A stretch of DNA of 64,000 bases from an uncultured Nitrososphaerota archaeon (GCA_963703285.1 OY969807.1:64001-128000), one strand, 5' to 3'; positions 1-9,680 are shown, numbered from the stretch's first letter. The notes: generated by a model from the letters alone, not told the origin. Made by a program: numbers and translations.

Positions 1-701
1 CCGTGTATCCACGCCTGGCCTAGGGTCAGGTTAGCCGGCGGCTCGTCGCTCACCTCGTCGCTGTCTGGCATCACAAAAGACACGTCGGGTAGGGTGTGCG
101 TCTTGATATCGGAGATGAGTGTCGTCGTGTCTTGCTCGTTGTTAAGCCAGCTGGGAGATTGCGTGAAGAACGACAGGGGGCACTCGTTGTAGTTGCAGTT
201 GAAGTAGTCCCAGGACACGCCCGCCGCTGTCATCTCGTCGAGTATCGTCGTGTTGGAGCGCCAGGGGAAGGCTTGCCCGGAGGTGTTCCAGTCGGTCACG
301 AAGCCGAGGGTCGAGCCCGCTATCATCGCCATGCGGTTGGGCAGGCTGGCCAGCGGCGAGACCGTGAAGTAGTTGTCGAAGAGGATGCTCTCGTTCGCTA
401 GGGCGCAGTAGTACGGGATGTCGCTGCAGGTGAAGTAGCCGTAGTTCTCGGGATGACCCACGAACCCCCCGAGGCTCTGATTCTCGTAGACCTCATCGGT
501 CGTATCGTGGAAGATGGGCGCTGTCGAACCCTGCAGCCCGTTGGCGCCGGGGTAGAAGCCGAAGAAGTTGTCGAAGGTATGGTTCTCCTGGACGAAGATT
601 ACCACGTGCTGGATCGCGGGTGCAGGCTGGGCCGTCGGGAGCTCCGGGATGGCGAACAGGAGCAGGAACGCCACGGCGGCAGCGAGGATGAGGTTCCTCA
701 T
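1..701 (-). CDS. Secreted phosphoesterase (phospholipase C / acid phosphatase AcpA family), runs off window start
   Basis: Manual translation from ATG 701: MRNLILAAAVAFLLLFAIPELPTAQPAPAIQHVVIFVQENHTFDNFFGFYPGANG; signal peptide plus the family motif ENHxFDNxFG. Not in the ORF track because it is truncated. Confidence 0.85.
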   Translation of the reverse strand, partial: MRNLILAAAVAFLLLFAIPELPTAQPAPAIQHVVIFVQENHTFDNFFGFYPGANGLQGSTAPIFHDTTDEVYENQSLGGFVGHPENYGYFTCSDIPYYCALANESILFDNYFTVSPLASLPNRMAMIAGSTLGFVTDWNTSGQAFPWRSNTTILDEMTAAGVSWDYFNCNYNECPLSFFTQSPSWLNNEQDTTTLISDIKTHTLPDVSFVMPDSDEVSDEPPANLTLGQAWIH

Positions 702-1177
702 CAATGTCCCGCCACCCAAAGACAGTCGCGTCCGGGGAGCGTCTGCTCGGTCGTCATATTCGTGCAGCCCGGTGGTCCTACTTGGCACGATTGCGTGCAA
801 GGTACGGGCCGATTACCTTCAGGGGCCAATATCGAAGCGATGAAACTTCGTCTCCAGGGGGGCCTACCGCGGTCACAGCATTCCATCGCTACCCACCAAG
901 TGCGGACGACCTTGGTCGAGTATATAATGCCGGCCTGCCATTCTCATCTTTGAGACGCACTTCTATCAGGTTTATTCTAACGGCGTTAATTTTCTCTCCA
1001 ACGGTGTTGACCCCAGGCTCACGTCAAGCCGGGCGGATGTCGTGGCCTTGGCCGGCGGCCCATCACTGGTTGGAATGGATTGCCGTCGCGAACTTCACTC
1101 CGGCTCGTTCTTTCACATCGTTTGCTTTATATGCAGATGCTGCGGGCCTCCGCCGAATTACTCGTCAGGCGATTGTC

Positions 1178-1354
1178 TTGTACACACCCAAGAAATGCTT
1201 CTTCTGCGGCAAGGACGTCCACCTCGGCGAGGGGATAATGCTCGTCTTGAACGACGGGTCGACCAAGAGCTACTGCTCCTCCAAGTGCAAGGTGAACGAC
1301 CGCAAGCTGAAGCGGGACCCACGCAAGTTCAAGTGGGCGAGGGAAAACAGGTAA
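1178..1354 (+). CDS. rpl24e: 50S ribosomal protein L24e
   Basis: C-terminal part of ORF 704..1354: CFFCGKDVHLGEGIMLVLNDGSTKSYCSSKC...KRDPRKFKW; TTG start at 1178; precedes ndk-infB as is usual in archaea. Confidence 0.93.
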   Translation: MYTPKKCFFCGKDVHLGEGIMLVLNDGSTKSYCSSKCKVNDRKLKRDPRKFKWARENR

Positions 1355-1767
1355 TGTCCCTCCCGCCCGTGGAGAGGACGCTCGTAGTCGTGAAGCCTGA
1401 CGCCGTGGGGCGGGGCCTCGTCGGCGAGATCATTGGGAGGTTCGAGAGGCGCGGCCTGAAGCCCGTAGAGATCAGGATGCAGACGGTGACCAAGGCCAAG
1501 GCCACTCAGTTCTACATCGTGCACAAGGACAAGCCGTTCTTCGGGGACCTCGTATCCTTCATCAGCAGCGGGCCCAGCGTCGGCGTCGTGCTCGAGGGTA
1601 GGGACGCGATCGCGCTCGTCCGCCGGGCGATAGGCTCCACCAAGAGCTGGGAGGCCGCCTCGGGGACTATAAGGGGAGACTACGCGACAGGGCTCCTGGA
1701 CAACGCCATCCACGCCTCCGACTCGAAGGAATCCTTCGACTGGGAGAGCAAGACCTACTTCTCGTAA
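1354..1767 (+). CDS. ndk: Nucleoside diphosphate kinase
   Basis: ERTLVVVKPDAV...GTIRGDY...NAIHASDS; ATG 1354 overlaps the rpl24e stop. Confidence 0.96.
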   Translation: MSLPPVERTLVVVKPDAVGRGLVGEIIGRFERRGLKPVEIRMQTVTKAKATQFYIVHKDKPFFGDLVSFISSGPSVGVVLEGRDAIALVRRAIGSTKSWEAASGTIRGDYATGLLDNAIHASDSKESFDWESKTYFS

Positions 1768-1833
1768 TCATGCCGAGCTCATTCGATAACTTATATTAAC
1801 CAGCCCTCGGGCTGAAGGTCAAGTTGTTCTCGG

Positions 1834-3627
1834 ATGTCCCAGCCCACACAGACGTTACGGCAGCCTGTAGTCGTCGTACTGGGTCACGTTGACTCTGGGA
1901 AAACCTCATTTTTGGACCGCATAAGGGGCACCGCCGTCCAAGCTCGAGAGGCCGGGGGCATCACACAGGAGATAGGCGCGAGCTTTTTCCCGATGGAGAC
2001 GCTATTCGCGATCTGCGGGCCGCTCTTGGACAAGTCGGGCGCGCAGCTGAAGATCCCTGGGCTGCTCGTCATCGACACGCCGGGCCACGAGATCTTCTCG
2101 AACCTGAGGATGCGTGGCGGGTCGGCCGCCGACATCGCCATCCTGCTCGTCGACGTCAACAAGGGCTTGGAGAACCAGACCATCGAGTCCATCGAGATCC
2201 TGAGGCAGCGGAAGGTTCCCTTCCTCGTCGCGCTCAACAAGATCGACATGATCCGGGGCTGGAGGAAGGAGACGACCGGGTCCCTTGCGAGCGCGCTGAA
2301 GCAGCAGCCGCCCGAGTGGAACGACGAGCTCGAGGAGAGGCTATACAACGTGGTCGGTGCCCTCTCCAGGCTCGGGTTCAACTCCGACGCATTCTACCGG
2401 GTGAAGGACTTCCGCAAGCAGGTATCGATTGTGCCGATCTCCGCCAGGTACGGGATAGGGATGCCCGAGATCATGGCCGTGCTCATCGGTCTCGCCCAGC
2501 AGTTCCTCGCGGAGAAGCTCGTCGCCATCGACGAGAACGGGAGGGCGAGGGGGATCATCCTCGAGCTCCAGGAGGAGGTCGGCATCGGGGAGACGGCCAA
2601 CGTGATCCTCACGGAGGGGAAGCTCTCCGTCGGGGACAGACTCGTTCTTGTGAAGAAGGAGGGGGCGGTCGAGTCCAGGGTCAAGGCGCTGTTCATGCCC
2701 AAACCCCTCGACGAGATGCGCGACCCGCGCGACAAGTTCACCCCGGTCCAAGAAGTCTACTCGGCGGCGGGGGTGAAGCTCGTCTCGCCCGACCTCGCCG
2801 GCGTGATCCCCGGGACCTCGGTCATCTCGTTCAAGTCACCCGAGGAGTTCCACTCCGTAAAAGCCGAGGCGGAGAAGGACCTCACGACGCTGGTCACCAA
2901 GACGGACATCGACGGCGTCGTCGTCAAGGCGGGTAGCATAGGGGGGCTGGAGGCGCTCCTGAGGATGCTCGAGCAGAGGCAGATACCCGTGCGGTCGGCG
3001 GACATCGGCGACATATCCAGGAACGACATCGTGGAGGCGGAGGCCGTCGCGGAGCACGACCCATACCTGGGGGTCATCATCGGCTTCGACGTCAAGGTCA
3101 TCCCGGACGCAAGGGAACAGGCGACCATGGCCCAGATAATCACCTCCGACGTGATATACGACGCGGTGGAAGGCTACGTCAAGTGGGCGGCCAACAAGAG
3201 GGACGAGGACCAGAGGAACGCGCTCTCCACGATAACCGGCCCGGCGAAGATCAAGGCGCTCCCTGGAATGTTCTTCAGGAGGAACGACCCCGCGGTCTTC
3301 GGGGTCGAGGTGGTGGGCGGCAAGCTCAGACCGAAGGTCCGGCTGATGGACGCGTCCGGCGTGGAGCTCGGCACCGTCGAGCAGATTCAGGACAACGGCA
3401 AGCCGGTCCCCGAGGCCACCCTCGGCATGCAGGTGGCGATATCGGTCCGGGGCCCGACGCTCGGCCGCCAGATCAAGGAGAACGACATCCTCTTCACGTT
3501 CCCCACCTCAGCCGACGTCAGGCTCCTCAGGGGGAAGTACGTGGGCAGTCTCAGTGCCGATGACGAGGCCGTGCTGGAGGAGATCGTCTCCATCCGTTCG
3601 GTCAAGGACATGATGTACGGGTTCTGA
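1834..3627 (+). CDS. infB: Translation initiation factor aIF5B (IF-2)
   Basis: LRQPVVVVLGHVDSGKT, REAGGITQEIGA, DTPGHE, NKID; 597 aa; no intein. Confidence 0.97.
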   Translation: MSQPTQTLRQPVVVVLGHVDSGKTSFLDRIRGTAVQAREAGGITQEIGASFFPMETLFAICGPLLDKSGAQLKIPGLLVIDTPGHEIFSNLRMRGGSAADIAILLVDVNKGLENQTIESIEILRQRKVPFLVALNKIDMIRGWRKETTGSLASALKQQPPEWNDELEERLYNVVGALSRLGFNSDAFYRVKDFRKQVSIVPISARYGIGMPEIMAVLIGLAQQFLAEKLVAIDENGRARGIILELQEEVGIGETANVILTEGKLSVGDRLVLVKKEGAVESRVKALFMPKPLDEMRDPRDKFTPVQEVYSAAGVKLVSPDLAGVIPGTSVISFKSPEEFHSVKAEAEKDLTTLVTKTDIDGVVVKAGSIGGLEALLRMLEQRQIPVRSADIGDISRNDIVEAEAVAEHDPYLGVIIGFDVKVIPDAREQATMAQIITSDVIYDAVEGYVKWAANKRDEDQRNALSTITGPAKIKALPGMFFRRNDPAVFGVEVVGGKLRPKVRLMDASGVELGTVEQIQDNGKPVPEATLGMQVAISVRGPTLGRQIKENDILFTFPTSADVRLLRGKYVGSLSADDEAVLEEIVSIRSVKDMMYGF

Positions 3628-3630
3628 GGT

Positions 3631-4047
3631 TCAACTCTCGCCTGGGCGGTCCGAGATGGCCCGCGAGGGCTCGAGCCGCGGTACATCCAGCCCGTCGAAG
3701 TGACGATCGAAGCTGACTATCGCTCGAGCACCGAGTTTCTTCGCCACATAGTACTGGAGCGAGTCGTCGAAGTCCATCCGTCTTTCGGAAGCTAACAGCC
3801 CTACCGCCATCTCCTCCGTCGTTGTCGTGTCGTAGACGTGAAGGCCCGAGGAGGTCTCTATGTTCCGCAGGAAGTTCGTCAGGTCGTTTCCACCTCCGAG
3901 GATTGCCTCTACGGCGTGTATCGTGAAGTGCGTGACGGTTGCTTCCTCCTCGCCCTTCGACATGCGATCCAGGAGCGCCCTGCATTCGGGACCGCGCTTC
4001 TGGCCGAGCATGAACTCGAGGAAGACGTTCGTGTCTAGGACGATCAA
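3631..4047 (-). CDS. vapC: VapC-type PIN-domain toxin
   Basis: MIVLDTNVFLE...DFDDSLQYYVA...IVSFDRHFD PIN acidic motifs; overlaps a small upstream gene by 4 nt. Confidence 0.88.
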   Translation of the reverse strand: MIVLDTNVFLEFMLGQKRGPECRALLDRMSKGEEEATVTHFTIHAVEAILGGGNDLTNFLRNIETSSGLHVYDTTTTEEMAVGLLASERRMDFDDSLQYYVAKKLGARAIVSFDRHFDGLDVPRLEPSRAISDRPGES

Positions 4048-4277
4048 TCCTGTCTGCGCCAGGCTTGGTGTTGGAGCTCAACGGAAGTCATCTTGCTCGG
4101 GGCGAGCACCCCGTCGAGCTTCGACCAGTCTGGCTCCCCCGGAGAGACGAACTTCCTGATCGCCGCTTCCATGGCCTTCTTCATGGCTCCCTTCTTGTAG
4201 CCGTAGGTCTCCATCGCCTTCTTCCGGAACCTTCTCGCCAGCGCGTCGTCGATCTCCACTTTTATCGTCTCGGTCAT
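4044..4277 (-). CDS. Putative antitoxin (ribbon-helix-helix-like VapB)
   Basis: 77 aa from ATG 4277, MTETIKVEIDDALARRFRKKAMETYGYKKGAMKKAMEAAIRKF; coupled to the PIN gene. Confidence 0.75.
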   Translation of the reverse strand: MTETIKVEIDDALARRFRKKAMETYGYKKGAMKKAMEAAIRKFVSPGEPDWSKLDGVLAPSKMTSVELQHQAWRRQD

Positions 4278-4368
4278 TCCACCATAAGTACATTTGTCCG
4301 TATATTTAACCGCCTCGACGCGCGGCACCAATCCTTTTATTAACAAACCCGGGGGCGGCTGATGAAAG

Positions 4369-4710
4369 ATGCCGACGTTCAAGATCGTGATCTCAGATTC
4401 CAAGACGGGCAGGTCCGAGGTGATGGAGGCGAAGGACTCGCAGGCACAGATATTCATGGGCAGGAAGATTGGCGACGTCATCGACCTCAGCGTCATCGGG
4501 CAGAACTACAAGGTCAAGCTCACGGGCGGCTCGGACAGGGCCGGCTTCCCCATGAGAGGCGACGTCATGGGCAGCGGCAAGAGGCACGTCCTGATGACCG
4601 AGGGCATCGGGTTCAGGCACTCCGTCGAGGGCGAGAAGCGCAGGAAGCTCGTCAGGGGCGGCACGGTGACCGAAGAGGTCTACCAGCTCAACGCAGTCAA
4701 GACTCAATAG
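4369..4710 (+). CDS. rps6e: 30S ribosomal protein S6e
   Basis: FKIVISDSKTG...KLTGGSDRAGFPMRGDV...GEKRRKLVRG...YQLN. Confidence 0.96.
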   Translation: MPTFKIVISDSKTGRSEVMEAKDSQAQIFMGRKIGDVIDLSVIGQNYKVKLTGGSDRAGFPMRGDVMGSGKRHVLMTEGIGFRHSVEGEKRRKLVRGGTVTEEVYQLNAVKTQ

Positions 4711-4767
4711 ACAACACCGCAGCAGCTTTATCTATCCCAGAAAGCCGAAGTTCTCGAATCATCTCTC

Positions 4768-7700
4768 ATGGCCCAGACGATGTCCACGGTCCCGACGATG
4801 CGCATCCCCAAGCAGCCGGAGTGCAACATAGGCAGCGCAGGCCACGTGGACTCCGGGAAGTGTCAAAGAATCGACCAGTATGTCCTGCTCGAAGGCGTTC
4901 CTGTCACGGGGTCTCAGATTCTCCAGAAAGCGAAGTCGAGGGGTGTCTTGCTCGGGCGGATTGATGGTGGAGAGGTCTACGAGTTCGATGGAAGCAACGT
5001 AGTCTGCGTGGACGACAGATTCGAACCTGTGACCGCTGGCTCGAAGCTCTTCGTACAAGACTACAGCGGTCCCATGTATACCGTCATAGGTAAAAGTGGA
5101 AGATCAATCTGCATAACGCCAGAACACCCACTGCTCGTCAACAGAATGGGAAATCTCCAATGGATGAAAGCCAAGGATATACGCGAAGGCGATTACGCCG
5201 CGTTCCTTAGCCGCGTTCCCTTGGGGGAATCCATAACTCTTCCCGATGCCTTACCATCACTGAGAGAACGCTACGACGTGCTGACCTGGGAAGACTATAG
5301 TGAGTTGAGGTCAGCGACTTCGGACTTCACAGAGTTCGCGACCCTGCCCCAGAACAAGTTCGAAAAGATGAGGCTGCTGACCGGTCTCTCGGCATCTGGT
5401 CTCTCCAGGAAAGCAGGCATAAGTCGGGAAGCCTACTATAGAGTTCGTAGAGGAAAGACCATGCGCGCCCTCATAGGCGAGAAGGTGCGGCGGGCGTTTG
5501 CGAATTCAACTCTCGTTCCACTCTCTCCGCAGGAATTCCTCGTCGAGAGAAGCAGAGGGCACGGGAGGAGTGTGTCGAGGCTCGTGGATGTGGGGCAAGT
5601 CGATGGCGACATCGTAAAGTGGTTTGCGTTCGTCTGGGCCGAAGGTACGAGTCGGTCGTCCTTTGTTGGGGTCACGCAGACAGTTCAACGCAGGATGCTA
5701 GAGGAGTTCCTCAGGGTTACGAAGGAAAAGATGGGTCAGGAGATCGCGGGCTACGAAGACGGGAACTTCAGAATCCACAGCACAGCCTTCGTCGATTACC
5801 TTCGCGCCAGATTCGACTACGCTCCCGGCAACGAGTCCGTGTGTGGGATAGCCGATTGGGTCTGCAAGCTTCCTAGGAGTCTCAAGGCGACATTCCTCAG
5901 GTGGTTCCTCACCCTCGATGGCGAATTCGATGACAAAGGCGTCATATCCGTCACGCAGCTGAACGACAGAAATGTCGTCATAATCTCCTACCTCCTTCAC
6001 TCGTTTGGCATAGTCCCGCGCTTCTCCATCAAGAGAAGCCCGACCAAAGGCGGCATGAAGCTGTACCCGAGGCTGTCCGTTTCCGGTCGAGAGAACCTCA
6101 GGCTCTTCGCGGAGCTCATCGGGTTTGAGGATTCTCGCATACAGGGAAGATTGCTTGGGTACCTCTCCAAAATCAAGAAAGAAAGCAAAGAGACGGATCT
6201 TAGCATCCCCATCAACATCGAGTCTATTCGTCTGCTATTCAGGAGTTGCGGGATCCAGCGAGAGGCATTCGACCGAAACTCGACTATACCACAAATGAAG
6301 GGGTCTGCTTGGTACAAGGCCTACGAAGGCGCCGTAAGATCAGGCAGGATTTCAAGGAGAAAGCTCTCCCTCGTGGTGGCAGCCATAGATGAGCACCTGA
6401 AGTCGACCGAGAGGTCCTTGTCTGTGCTCAGGGCAGAAGGAAACTCTGCGCGGTATCACATGGCGCTCATGGGTGCCTCGATTGAATCTGTCGCGAGCGA
6501 ACTCGGAACTACACAAAAGGTGCTGAGACGCATTCTGCGGAGGGGGTCCGAGAGCGAGCTGGCACCCATCGTCAAGTATCTCAGGGCGGAGACGCGGGGG
6601 ATTCTTCATTACGCCGCTGGCTCCCTAGAGCAATTGCGTCTGCTTGCTTCTTCGCCTCTGGAATTCGACAGAATCGTCTCCGTGCAGACCGAGGAGTACA
6701 GCGGTCTAGTCTACGACCTCAGCGTTCCCGAGTACGCTAACTTCGTTGCTGGCAAGGGAGCGACGGTCTGCCACAACACATCAATTGTAGCGAGCATAAC
6801 CGGCGTGTGGGCGAGTGCTCACAGCGAGGAGCTGAAGAGGGGCATCACCATTAAGGTGGGGTACGCGGACGCGGCATTCTACAAATGCGCGCACACGCCC
6901 CCTCCAGAGGCGTTCTCGACCTCCCCTGTCTGTCCGGTATGCGGCCAGGAGACACAGCTGCTCAGGGCCGTCAGCTTTGTCGACGCGCCGGGCCACGAGA
7001 GCCTGATGACGAACATGCTAGCGGGGGCCGCGCTCATGGACGGCGCCTTCCTCGTGATAGCGGCGAACGAGCCCGTCCCGATGCCCCAGACAAGGGAGCA
7101 TATGCTCGCCCTCCAGATGCTCGGAATGAAGAAGATGGTTGTGGTACAGAACAAGATTGACAGGGTAGACGCCGAGGGGGCAAGGAAGAACTACGAGGCG
7201 ATCAAGAGTTTTCTCGCCAACACCATCGCGGCCGATGCCCCTGTGATCCCCGTCTCGGCTCAGCACGGCATCAACATCGACGCCCTGATACAGGCGTTCG
7301 AGGAGAACATCCCCACACCGGCAAGGGATCCGTCGGCGGTGTCGCAGATGTACGTGCTGAGGTCGTTCGACGTAAACAAGCCGGGATCGGAGATTCGCTC
7401 GCTCGTGGGCGGGGTGCTGGGCGGAAGTCTAGTCAGGGGAGAGCTGAAGGTGGGCGAGGAGATCGAGATATCTCCGGGGCTTCCGGACGAGAGGGGGAAG
7501 TACGCCCCCATCCTCACGAAGATAGCGAGCCTCGGGACCGGCGCTGGGATGGCCGATAAGGTCGGCCCCGGCGGTCTGATATCCCTCGGAACATATCTCG
7601 ACCCCGCGCTTACCAAGGGTGACCTGATGGTCGGGTCGCTCGTCGGCAGACCCGGGACGCTCCCTGCTCCCAAGACCCACTTCACGGTCGAGCTCCAGCT

Positions 7701-7938
7701 CTTCGAGCAGGCGGTGGGTTCGGCGGAGCTGATGAAGGTCGAGAAGGTGAGGATGGGCGAGTCCCTCAGGCTCAACATCGGCACGGCTGCGACCCTCGGC
7801 TCGGTGACCTCCGTGAGGGACACGGTGGCGGAGCTGGACCTGCGCAAGCCCGTCGTCGCAGAACCCGAGACGCGCGTCGCGATCAGCAGGAGGCTGGCGG
7901 ACCGTTGGCGGTTGATCGGCTCGGGCCTGATAAAGTAG
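4768..7938 (+). CDS. eif2g: Translation initiation factor aIF2 gamma subunit, intein-containing precursor
   Basis: QPECNIGSAGHVDSGK|TSIV...HSEELKRGITIKVGYAD...FVDAPGHE...PQTREH...NKID...RSFDVNKPG...RWRLIGSG; 1056 aa including the intein. Confidence 0.96.
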   Translation: MAQTMSTVPTMRIPKQPECNIGSAGHVDSGKCQRIDQYVLLEGVPVTGSQILQKAKSRGVLLGRIDGGEVYEFDGSNVVCVDDRFEPVTAGSKLFVQDYSGPMYTVIGKSGRSICITPEHPLLVNRMGNLQWMKAKDIREGDYAAFLSRVPLGESITLPDALPSLRERYDVLTWEDYSELRSATSDFTEFATLPQNKFEKMRLLTGLSASGLSRKAGISREAYYRVRRGKTMRALIGEKVRRAFANSTLVPLSPQEFLVERSRGHGRSVSRLVDVGQVDGDIVKWFAFVWAEGTSRSSFVGVTQTVQRRMLEEFLRVTKEKMGQEIAGYEDGNFRIHSTAFVDYLRARFDYAPGNESVCGIADWVCKLPRSLKATFLRWFLTLDGEFDDKGVISVTQLNDRNVVIISYLLHSFGIVPRFSIKRSPTKGGMKLYPRLSVSGRENLRLFAELIGFEDSRIQGRLLGYLSKIKKESKETDLSIPINIESIRLLFRSCGIQREAFDRNSTIPQMKGSAWYKAYEGAVRSGRISRRKLSLVVAAIDEHLKSTERSLSVLRAEGNSARYHMALMGASIESVASELGTTQKVLRRILRRGSESELAPIVKYLRAETRGILHYAAGSLEQLRLLASSPLEFDRIVSVQTEEYSGLVYDLSVPEYANFVAGKGATVCHNTSIVASITGVWASAHSEELKRGITIKVGYADAAFYKCAHTPPPEAFSTSPVCPVCGQETQLLRAVSFVDAPGHESLMTNMLAGAALMDGAFLVIAANEPVPMPQTREHMLALQMLGMKKMVVVQNKIDRVDAEGARKNYEAIKSFLANTIAADAPVIPVSAQHGINIDALIQAFEENIPTPARDPSAVSQMYVLRSFDVNKPGSEIRSLVGGVLGGSLVRGELKVGEEIEISPGLPDERGKYAPILTKIASLGTGAGMADKVGPGGLISLGTYLDPALTKGDLMVGSLVGRPGTLPAPKTHFTVELQLFEQAVGSAELMKVEKVRMGESLRLNIGTAATLGSVTSVRDTVAELDLRKPVVAEPETRVAISRRLADRWRLIGSGLIK
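4861..6777 (+). mobile_element. Intein with LAGLIDADG homing endonuclease and HTH inserts (639 aa)
   Basis: Starts with Cys (TGT 4861) after GK; block B ITPEHPLL; endonuclease blocks WFAFVWAEG and FLRWFLTLDG; block F VYDLSVPEYANFVA; ends VCHN before Thr+1. Codon usage is visibly less GC-rich than the host gene. Confidence 0.95.
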
Positions 7939-8324
7939 GGCGGACCAGAAGGGTCCTCTTCGACACCAGCTTCCTCCTCTCTGTGATGGAACACCCGACT
8001 CCGTGGCAGGACGACATCCTGGGTGCGCTGGGCGGTTTCGAGGGCGTGGTCCTCCAGCCAGTCTACTCGGAGCTCAAGCGTCTCTCCGAGGGGAGTGCGA
8101 GGTCGTCGCGGTTCGCGCTGCTCGCCCTCGGGCTCGTCGACCGCGGGGCGATTAGGGTCGAGCCCTCCGGTCCGGGCGGGGCGGACGACGAGCTGGTATC
8201 CAGCGCCCTGGGGGACGGAGCCGCCGTGGCGACCCTGGACCGCGACCTCATTCGAATGCTGCTGGCTTCGCACGTCGACGTTGTGTCCCTCAGGCGCGGC
8301 AGGGTCGAGGTTCGCCGCAGCTGA
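7905..8324 (+). CDS. PIN-domain protein, Fcf1/Utp24-like
   Basis: VLFDTSFL...ADDELV...VATLDRDL; conserved position after aIF2-gamma; start uncertain. Confidence 0.82.
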   Translation: MAVDRLGPDKVGRTRRVLFDTSFLLSVMEHPTPWQDDILGALGGFEGVVLQPVYSELKRLSEGSARSSRFALLALGLVDRGAIRVEPSGPGGADDELVSSALGDGAAVATLDRDLIRMLLASHVDVVSLRRGRVEVRRS

Positions 8325-8382
8325 AATCGCCAACAATCTTATATTAGGGACGCCGAGGGTGGTCAGTTTCTCTGGTTTAGAC

Positions 8383-8964
8383 ATGTTTCAGCTTGTTGAG
8401 CTCGACGATGTGGTGCGCGTTCCACCAAACCGTTTCGGTTCATCGCTCGAAGCTGTGGCTCTGGAGCTGCTGAAGCAGAAGTACGAGAGCACGATCAACC
8501 CCGACTACGGGTATCTGGTCCTCGTTACCAACGTCAAGGTCGACAAGATAGGGAAGATCATCGCCGGCGACGGCGCGACGTACCACAAGGTCAAGTTCGA
8601 GGTCTTCGCCTTCTTCCCTCTGAAGCAGGAGATAATCGAGGGAGAGGTCGTCGAGATCACGGACTTCGGAGCCTTCGTCAGGATCGGCCCGACGGACGCC
8701 CTCCTTCACCTGAGCCAGATAATGGACGACTACCTGACGAGCGACGTGAAGTCGGGCGTGATCACGGCCTCGCAGTCCAAGAGGACGCTCAAGGTGGGGT
8801 CGAAGGTGAGGGTCAGGATAACGGCAGTCTCGCTGGGGCACGGGATATCGATGGGCAAGATCGGGGTCACATGCAGGCAGCCCTTCCTGGGAGCGCTCGA
8901 GTGGATCGACGACGAGGTCGCGAGGGCGACGAAGCAGGCCAAGGCCGAGGCCCGGGCGGCTTAG
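8383..8964 (+). CDS. rpoE1: DNA-directed RNA polymerase subunit E' (Rpo7)
   Basis: MFQLVELDDVVRVPP...GDGATYHKV...EIIEGEVVEITDFGAFVRIGPTDALLHLSQI...RQPFLGALEW. Confidence 0.96.
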   Translation: MFQLVELDDVVRVPPNRFGSSLEAVALELLKQKYESTINPDYGYLVLVTNVKVDKIGKIIAGDGATYHKVKFEVFAFFPLKQEIIEGEVVEITDFGAFVRIGPTDALLHLSQIMDDYLTSDVKSGVITASQSKRTLKVGSKVRVRITAVSLGHGISMGKIGVTCRQPFLGALEWIDDEVARATKQAKAEARAA

Positions 8965-8976
8965 TAGTGATCTTGG

Positions 8977-9162
8977 TTGAAGGAACTAGCCTGCAGGAAA
9001 TGCCACATGCTGACGACCGAGAAGAAGTGCCCGAACGACGGGTCCAACGAGCTGAGCGATGAATGGTCGGGCCTCATAATCGTGCTCGACCCAAAGAACT
9101 CCAAGGTAGCCGAGACGCTCGCCATCAAGGTGCCCGGAAGATACGCGCTCAAGGTCAGCTAG
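8977..9162 (+). CDS. spt4: Transcription elongation factor Spt4 (RpoE'')
   Basis: ACRKCH...CPNDGS...WSGLIIVLDPKNSKVA...PGRYALKV. Confidence 0.95.
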   Translation: MKELACRKCHMLTTEKKCPNDGSNELSDEWSGLIIVLDPKNSKVAETLAIKVPGRYALKVS

Positions 9163-9680
9163 AACCAGAAGCCGACAGGCTCGTACTGACCCCGTACCTT
9201 CGAAGGAGGCTGAAGAGGCCCGTAGGCAAGCTCTACACGGCTAGGCAGCTGCGGTCTGGCGAATTCCTCCAAGCCCTCCGTGCCTCTCCGCTGGTGATCT
9301 CCGTCGGGGACCGTGTCACCGAGTCCCTCCAGGAGCTCGGGAGAACCCCGGACGTCCAGGTCATCGACGAGACGGAGAGGAGGGTCAGGAGGCAGCCGCC
9401 CGAGGTCCCCTACCTGACCCTGCTGCGCGCAAGGAACCCGGCGGGGACGATAACGTTCGAGGCCATCGCCGCGATACGCAGCGCCCTAGAGGGGCGGAAA
9501 CCGGCGCGGGTGCTCATAGAGGGGGAGGAGGACCTGCTCGCGATCCCAGTCATGGAAGCGGCCCCTGCGGAGTCCAGCCTCTACTACGGTCAGCCCGGGG
9601 AGGGCGTGGTGCGCGTCGTCGTCGACGGACGGGCGAAGGAGTCTGCGGCGAGGATTCTCGCCTCGATGGGGCGCGAATGA
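9159..9680 (+). CDS. GTP-dependent dephospho-CoA kinase (DUF359)
   Basis: LKRPVG...VISVGDRVT...NPAGTIT...IEGEEDLL...YGQPGEGVV; usual position after spt4. No canonical start codon near the spt4 stop, so the start is approximate. Confidence 0.85.
   Translation, partial: LEPEADRLVLTPYLRRRLKRPVGKLYTARQLRSGEFLQALRASPLVISVGDRVTESLQELGRTPDVQVIDETERRVRRQPPEVPYLTLLRARNPAGTITFEAIAAIRSALEGRKPARVLIEGEEDLLAIPVMEAAPAESSLYYGQPGEGVVRVVVDGRAKESAARILASMGRE

Noticed and set aside
96-953. Plus-strand ORFs 96..401, 453..953 and many similar long antisense or alternate-frame ORFs across the window
   Set aside because: They are shadows of real genes in GC-rich DNA; they are Arg/Pro/Gly-rich and carry no motifs.
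704-1177. Long N-terminal extension of L24e, or an rps28e gene in its usual place upstream
   Set aside because: The extension is not protein-like, and a TATA (TTTATAT, about 1126-1132) lies inside it; no S28e motif was found.
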